DNA from: Octopus bimaculoides
Taxonomy: Eukaryota
Reading direction: 5' to 3'
NCBI RefSeq assembly: GCF_001194135.2
Contig: NC_068983.1
Coordinates: 24,405,068-24,463,419, forward strand
DNA length: 58,352 bases
A model generated the notes under the pieces. It was not told the origin of the DNA. It searched no databases and was given only the letters and a program-made list of their open reading frames with translations. Position numbers and translations under genes: made by a program. Positions 51,484-58,352 of this stretch are shown one piece after another; the first letter of the stretch is position 1, and the number at the start of each line of letters is the position of its first letter.

Positions 51484-53104
51484 CTATTCCATGCTTGTCA
51501 CTGGTTGAATGAAGCAGTGATGATGTTAACATTCGTTGCTGACATTATGACCATTATACAAAAACTGCAGAAATATATAGAGACAAAAAGAGACACAAGC
51601 AAAAAGAAAATTTATAGTAAAATAGGACACTCCAAACTTGAAAAATTGTAAAATTGAAAGACATTGTGAGAGACTGAACCCACTGAGGCCAGAGGTAGAT
51701 GTTGAACCTCATGCCTTGATGGTGAATTATGTGGATGAAAAGGAGAAGATGAAGTGGTAAGTCGTAATTTAATTAGAAACTGTGAAAACTGTGAAAAACA
51801 TTTGGTTGAACTTTTTAGTTTAAAAAAAGGAAAAAGAAAAATGTAAATCCTGTATGAACATTTGTTTAAAAAGTTTAAAATTGTTAGGTGGAAACGAAAA
51901 GGGAAGTCACAGTTTTGCCTTGGAGCAGGGCTAGAAATTGTTATGTAAAAGGTAAAGGTTTACAGGAAAAGGAATTCATGGTTTCATCTTGCAGCAGGAG
52001 CGAGATGGCTGTCTCATTTGCATTGTAATTTTATTGATTTCACATTCATTTTTTCATGTGTTTTTTGTTCTCGCATGTCTGTGTATGTCCTCTCTGTGTT
52101 TAGGCCTTGTGCCAGTAATAAAGAGTTAACCTCTAGCTGAACAATTATTCTGTGCTGATGAAAGGAAATAATCTGGAAATCGTGATACACAGCTATTGTT
52201 TTGAGCTGAGTGGGGGTGTTAGATTCCCTTGTTTGAAAATATAAGGACACAGATCATGTTGTATAGCCAGCTTGAGACAATGTCTCCTGGAGCTAAATTA
52301 CAGCAGCATTCATCCTAAACCAGAACTGCCATGAGTGCTCTTATGTGGCACAGGCATGAATACTTTTTACATTGCCGGCCCTCGTTTAGCAAATGATGTT
52401 TTAATCATTCACCACATTTCATGAAGACATCAAGCTGCATTATCTAATATTCCACCATGTATAGGGATTTCTCTTCTTTTTCTTACTTTGGTAACATTTT
52501 TGAATCCACTCCGCATGCAGCACTGAAAATGAATTTTCATTCTAGAACTTATTTATAATGGTATTTCTATAACAAATGCATCGCATTATCAGCTTCATAG
52601 TTTCATTCATAGATATAATACATTTTCTGTAAGCCCATTTATTATATATGAATAGAGTAATTGGAAACTTGTTACTTTTATCTGTGAATAAATTACTGTC
52701 CATTTCAAACCTATACTTCATTTATCTTAGGAAGAACAGGTGCTGTTTATCTTCATTTAGTCTAGCAATCTACTGTTTCTACTTCTCCGTCATCTTGATG
52801 GTTACAATGATGTAATAATGTGTAATGATGACTAGTAAGGTGACAAGTTAGTGGAGCTGATAGAATGTTGGTTAGTGTATTGCCCTAACTTTTTTTTTCA
52901 CTCTGTATTCAAATCCCAGTGGGGTTAATTTTGCCTTCGATCCTTTCAGAGTTGATTAGAAAAAACAATAAACAAGCTTGCTTTTCAACCATGTGATTTC
53001 TGGTTCAGTCCCATTGTGTGACACCTTGGGCAAGTGTTTTCTACTATAGCACCCAGGTTGGCCAATGTTTTGTGAATGAATTTGGTAAATGGAACCTACA
53101 TTGA

Positions 53105-53255
53105 AGCTCTGGCGTTAGGAAGGGCATCCAGCTGTAGAAACTCTGCCAAATTAGATTGGAGCCTGGTGTTGCCATCCGGTTTCACCAGTCCTCAGTCAAA
53201 TCGTCCAACCCATGCTAGCATGGAAAGCGGACGTTAAACGATGATGATGATGATA
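53105..53255 (+). mobile_element. Family B copy nested among SINE C and D fragments
   Basis: gcgttaggaagggcatccagctgtagaaactctgcc ... gcggacgttaaacgatgatg. Confidence 0.85.
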
Positions 53256-53289
53256 CATATAGCCACTCCTACGCCTATATGTCATTATG

Positions 53290-53440
53290 TTCTGATTTCA
53301 AATTCTGCCGAGGTTGACTTTGCTTTTCATCTTTTTGGGGGTTGATAAATTAAGTACCAGTTGAGTACTGGGGTCAATGTAATCATCTTATCCCCTCCCC
53401 TAAAATTTCAGGCCATGTGCCTTTAGTAGAAAGGATTATT
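53290..53440 (+). mobile_element. SINE family C body
   Basis: caaattctgccgaggttgactttgcttttcatc..gataaattaagtaccag..ggccatgtgcc. Confidence 0.8.
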
Positions 53441-54457
53441 ATCTCTGTGTATCCTACATATTTCCTACAAACTGGCTGAAATATCATGTAGATGTAACTA
53501 TTGCAAATGTACTCCACTCTAAAGATGGAAAGCTAATTGTCTTGAAAATGATAAGCATATGCATACAGTTGTACTCCAAGAATTCAGTTACATATGAAAA
53601 TTTCAGTGTTCCCTTATTACCTGCATCCCAGAATCATTAATATTGCAGTAATTTAACTATTTGAAATAATTGAAATGTTAATGGTTTTCCCTTATATTCT
53701 CAATTCCCAAATGCATCTATATAATATTTATCATTCTTTATTGAGCATTTGATTTTCAAATATTCACTTGTCTTGCTTACATATGGCTGGTAATTAAAAT
53801 TAATTCAGGAATTGACATCGAATCCTGTCTCATTGTGAGCAAATAAGTCTTACCCCATAGAGCCTGTTATCAGAATCACCATAATGTTTAGATTATCTTT
53901 TAAACGATTGTTCAGCAAATTGATATACCTGTGTATTTGTCTGAATACAACTCCAATATCTCAGCTATCAAATTTCTGTCCCTTGTTTGCAACAGAGCAC
54001 TTAATTTTACTCAGTATTGCTAATACTGTTAATCTTTTAATCTTTTGTTTGCAGTTAATCTTTTGTTGTTGATTGAAACTTTGAATTATCCACACACTGA
54101 ATTATTGACACTAGCATGCTGTTTTTCAGAAGTTGTTTGCAATATTTACTAATGTTGGAAATACATTTTACTCCTTGAGATTGAGATTTTGAAGTTATAG
54201 TGAAGTAAATTTATCTTGATAACAACAACACCACCAACGACAATAATAATAATTCTGACTGGGTTTCACCTGCATGGTCATGCGCTGTTTATCTTGATAT
54301 GAGACGATCATGTTATGGTCATGATGCATGTGCCTAGTGTACTCTTGTTAGACAGGTAGTCATGATGGGTATATTTGACTCCATATATTTGTATCACAAT
54401 ATCACTTTGGCATACACTGCTCTTTTACTCAATAATAATAATAATAATAATAATAAT

Positions 54458-54900
54458 ACATACAGATAGAGAAATTAAGGCCAATAGACCAGATGTAGTT
54501 GTCAAAGATCATGAAGGAAAAAAAATGCTTTCTAATTGATGTATCAATACCAGCAGATGACAACGTTTCCCTAAAAGAAATGGAGAAACTTTCAAAATAC
54601 AAAGACCTGAAAATAGAGGTAACATGAATGTGGAATCTAAAAACAGAAACAATTTCTATCATAGTAGGCGCCTTAGGTATAATAAAAAAATATTCAGACA
54701 AATACATAACAAAAACACCAGGACTTACAAATATATATAACATACAGAAAATTGCACTACTGGGCACTGCACACATCCTACGCAAAACACTTTCAATACA
54801 GTAACCATAAGAGCATCACAGCAAACCACAGCACATACCCAAGGCACACAGAGCTGCACTCGGTAGTGAAGTGAAAGCACGTTATAAAAATAAAACTACA

Positions 54901-54901
<1 letters not shown>
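54458..54901 (+). mobile_element. R4/Dong-like RLE retrotransposon 3' fragment, family B copy 1
   Basis: HTDREIKANRPDVVVKDHEG / KKCFLIDVSIPADDNVSLKEMEKLSKYKDLKIEVT*MWNLKT..IQKIALLGTAHILRKTLSIQ* (PD..D..K RLE motif; stop 54802-04); (AAT)n on both sides. Confidence 0.88.
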
Positions 54902-54947
<46 letters not shown>

Positions 54948-55705
54948 NNNNNNNNNNNNNNNNNNNNNNNNNNNNNNNNNNNNNNNNNNNNNNNNNNNNN
55001 NNNNNNNNNNNNNNNNNNNNNNNNNNNNNNNNNNNNNNNNNNNNNNNNNNNNNNNNNNNNNNNNNNNNNNNNNNNNNNNNNNNNNNNNNNNNNNNNNNNN
55101 NNNNNNNNNNNNNNNNNNNNNNNNNNNNNNNNNNNNNNNNNNNNNNNNNNNNNNNNNNNNNNNNNNNNNNNNNNNNNNNNNNNNNNNNNNNNNNNNNNNN
55201 NNNNNNNNNNNNNNNNNNNNNNNNNNNNNNNNNNNNNNNNNNNNNNNNNNNNNNNNNNNNNNNNNNNNNNNNNNNNNNNNNNNNNNNNNNNNNNNNNNNN
55301 NNNNNNNNNNNNNNNNNNNNNNNNNNNNNNNNNNNNNNNNNNNNNNNNNNNNNNNNNNNNNNNNNNNNNNNNNNNNNNNNNNNNNNNNNNNNNNNNNNNN
55401 NNNNNNNNNNNNNNNNNNNNNNNNNNNNNNNNNNNNNNNNNNNNNNNNNNNNNNNNNNNNNNNNNNNNNNNNNNNNNNNNNNNNNNNNNNNNNNNNNNNN
55501 NNNNNNNNNNNNNNNNNNNNNNNNNNNNNNNNNNNNNNNNNNNNNNNNNNNNNNNNNNNNNNNNNNNNNNNNNNNNNNNNNNNNNNNNNNNNNNNNNNNN
55601 NNNNNNNNNNNNNNNNNNNNNNNNNNNNNNNNNNNNNNNNNNNNNNNNNNNNNNNNNNNNNNNNNNNNNNNNNNNNNNNNNNNNNNNNNNNNNNNNNNNN
55701 NNNNN

Positions 55706-55997
55706 GGGAATGACAGCGAAACGGGCTGATAACTCCAAAATGGCTGAAGTTCAAAAGATAGTGCTCATGGGAACTGCCCATATCCTACGTAAAATACTGT
55801 CTATGTGATCTCAAATTTTAAAGCAAACACATAATTTTCTTATGGTTTCTTAAACATTCACTTGAACAAAACTGTACAAATCCAAATATATGGTACCCTA
55901 GGCATAACACCTACATGAACTTCTAACTTGTTGTCTCTTGCGGTCTCTGGGTGAGACTTGGATCCAACTTGTACAAATGCAAAACAAAAGTCAAACA
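55706..55997 (+). mobile_element. R4/Dong-like fragment, family A copy 2
   Basis: MAEVQKIVLMGTAHILRKILSM* (stop 55806-08) plus 3' UTR matching 48886-49075; ends in (AAT)n. Confidence 0.82.
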
Positions 55998-56025
55998 TAA
56001 AATAATAATAATAATAATAATAATA

Positions 56026-56290
56026 AAGATAAATTGGAGCCTAAAAACAGAAATGATCCCTATAATAATAGGTGCATTAGGTATGATTAAAAAATATTCA
56101 GACAAATACATAACCAAAACATCAGGACTTACAAATATATATAACATACAGAGAATGGCACTACTAGGCACCGCACACATCTTATGTAAAGCACTTTCAA
56201 AACAGTGAAATTAAAAGCGCCACGACAAACTACACACAGAGCTGCGCTTGGTAGTGCAGTGAAAGTACATGATAAAAAATAAGACTACTG
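56026..56290 (+). mobile_element. R4/Dong-like fragment, family B copy 2
   Basis: WSLKTEMIPIIIGALGMIKKYSDKYITKTSGLTNIYNIQRMALLGTAHILCKALSKQ* plus 3' UTR similar to 54805-54901; AAT tracts on both sides. Confidence 0.85.
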
Positions 56291-56315
56291 AATAGTAGTA
56301 ATAATAATAATAATA

Positions 56316-56522
56316 GTTTCAAATTTTGGCACAATATCAGTGATTTCTAGGGTAGAGGGAAGTTGATTACATCGACCCCGGTGCTCAACTGGTACTTATA
56401 TCAAACCTGACAAGATGAAAAGCAGATTCATCCCTGGCAGAATTTGAAACTCAGGACGTAAAATCAGAAGAAATGTCGCTAAGTCTCTTTCTTGGCATGA
56501 TGATGATTCAGCCAGCTGCCGC
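56316..56522 (-). mobile_element. SINE family C, AAT tracts on both sides
   Basis: gtttcaaattttggcaca..gattacatcgaccccggtgctcaactggtactta..cagccagctgccgcc. Confidence 0.75.
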
Positions 56523-56582
56523 CAATAATAATAATAATAATAATAATAATAAGAAGAAGAAGAATAACAATGATAATAATAA

Positions 56583-56680
56583 ATATCCTGATGTAGTACC
56601 AGGCAGTGGCTGTCATAGCTTCTGGTCTTAACTGATTGGAAGTGTTATCATGTATATGTTTTACTCATTTCAAGCTCATC

Positions 56681-56764
<84 letters not shown>

Positions 56765-57342
56765 TTCTCTCTCTTTCTCTCTCTTTCTCTCTCTTTCTCT
56801 CCACCTCTCTCTCTATATAAACAATGTCAAAGTAGCTGTTCTCTCTTGCTTTCTCTTTCAAGTTTTATGTACATTGTTTTGTTTTGGTATAAAAGATGGG
56901 CTACAGCAAATATTCTGCTCAATACCATAGGTCTGCTTGTCAGTTGCTTGACATTAACCAGTTGAGCATGACCCTTGGTGGCTGACGATACGTGCATCTC
57001 TGATCAGAAGCTGAAGTAGTGGGGGAACATCATAGCCATGTGTTGGGGTTTGAATAATTCACCTCTGGAAACATGAGTGTTTCATTCAACATCCTTAAAC
57101 AAACCTTTTTCAGGGACATTTCGTGCTGGATGGGCTACTCAACTTGAGGAGAATTCTAACTGGGTCCCACCTGCAAGGTTATGTGCTGTTTATCGTGACA
57201 TAAGATCACTGTGTCACACACATATGGTTGTGATGCATGTGCCTGTTGCATTCTTGTCAGATGGATAGTCATAATGGGTATATTGGGCTTCGTATATTTG
57301 TGCCCCAGTGTTACTTTGAGGCATGCATTGCTCTCTCACTCA
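56583..57342 (+). mobile_element. Family F repeat ending in (AAT)n (other copies 54254-54430 +, 41425-41700 -); interrupted at ~56665-56865
   Basis: Shared 3' end gtcatratgggtata..cactttg..gcat..ctgctct..actc(aat)n in three copies; no ORF recognised. Confidence 0.65.
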
Positions 57343-57611
57343 ATGATAATAAATATGATGATAATAATAATAATCATAATAATGACAATAATATATAAAA
57401 AAGGCACTCAACTTAAAAGTGTTTATGTTCTTATTGAGTATGGATAATCTAAGTACACAAAGTGCTGAGTAGATAACTATAGTGATATTAATGGTGATAA
57501 TGAGTGTCTTTGTGAAACTGTTGGACATCTGAGTATATCTGAGCAGATCTTAGTTTAATTTTAGTTTTTGGAAAGGTTAGTCTTTTGAGGGATTAGTTAG
57601 CAGGTTCAGCA

Positions 57612-57778
57612 TATGATGGGCTTCTTTTAATTTCTGTTTACCAAATCTACCCACAAGCCTTTGGTTAGCCCAAGGTTACGGAAGAACACACTTGTCCAAG
57701 GTGCCACGCAGTGGGACAGAACCCAAAACCACATGGTATGGAAGCAAAGTTCTTAACCTCACAGCCATGCCTGCATCT
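57612..57778 (-). mobile_element. SINE family D head
   Basis: gatgggcttctttt..caaggtgccacgcagtgggac..cacagccatgcctgc. Confidence 0.78.
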
Positions 57779-58269
57779 ATATATTACTTCTGCATAAATT
57801 TTAAATAAAGTGAGAAATCAATAGAATCATCCTGGTTTCATAAAATTGTTAAAAGTAAAAGCACCAAATGTGCAAACTGGCAAAAACTTCAAAGCAAAAT
57901 GCAGTAGGATTGTTCTACCAATAAGGTGATATATTTCTAATTCCGTAGAAGAATGAATGAGAGTCATTAAAAATTTAATACCTTTTGAGATTCTAGTGGA
58001 AGTAACTACACCTGAGAATTGACACCACATCTTACTAATATTTCGCTTTCTATGCTATGGTATTTGCTACTAACTATGTACAAAAGGAAGTGTTGTCATA
58101 TTGCCAAAGACTGCATCTTTTGATTCAAATATATAACACCAGCATCACCATCGCCACCATCACTGGAACCACACAGACATTTGGTACCTTTAGTGGAGTC
58201 TGTTCATATTGTACACGTTTCAAAACCATTCTTTTCATTTCTAAGCACTTCATTTCAAGTTCATCCAAT

Positions 58270-58352
58270 CTCTCTCTCTCTCTCTCTCCACCTCTCTCTC
58301 TCTCCACCTCTCTCTCTCTCCACCTCTCTCTCTCTCCACCTCTCTCTCTCTC
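58270..58352. repeat. CT tract with 16-bp period ccacc(tc)n
   Basis: The single A recurs at 58290, 58306, 58322, 58338. Confidence 0.9.

Noticed and set aside
51660-51762. Exon-like purine-rich segment ending TG|GTAAGT
   Set aside because: Weak acceptor and no recognisable peptide; not the expected DPK exon.

Overview
Eukaryotic, AT-rich, gap-containing draft-genome window. Its microsatellite load and SINE families look like a coleoid cephalopod, most likely Octopus; this is recognition from memory, not a database search. Only one protein-coding exon is well supported: 36932-37098 (+, 167 nt, AG/GT bounded), encoding most of RRM1 of a DAZAP1/Hrp48 (Hrb27C)-like hnRNP. The rest is repeats: tRNA-derived SINE families (labelled A-F here for convenience only), 3' fossils of RTE, CR1/L2, HERO-like and R4/Dong-like non-LTR retrotransposons, a full-length decayed mariner (28168-29447), hAT and piggyBac-type MITEs and a Helentron-type element. 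Most interesting: (1) a tRNA-headed element carrying a minimal type I hammerhead ribozyme with a palindromic stem III and an inverted flanking copy (22329-22631); (2) a chain of retroelements joined by (AAT)n tracts (54235-57395); (3) a ~94% identical inverted SINE hairpin 1.8 kb upstream of the RRM exon (candidate ADAR substrate); (4) minus-strand splice signals suggesting an antisense or neighbouring transcript; (5) a potential poison 3' splice site upstream of the RRM exon. Most repeat boundaries are approximate (+/- 10-20 nt).
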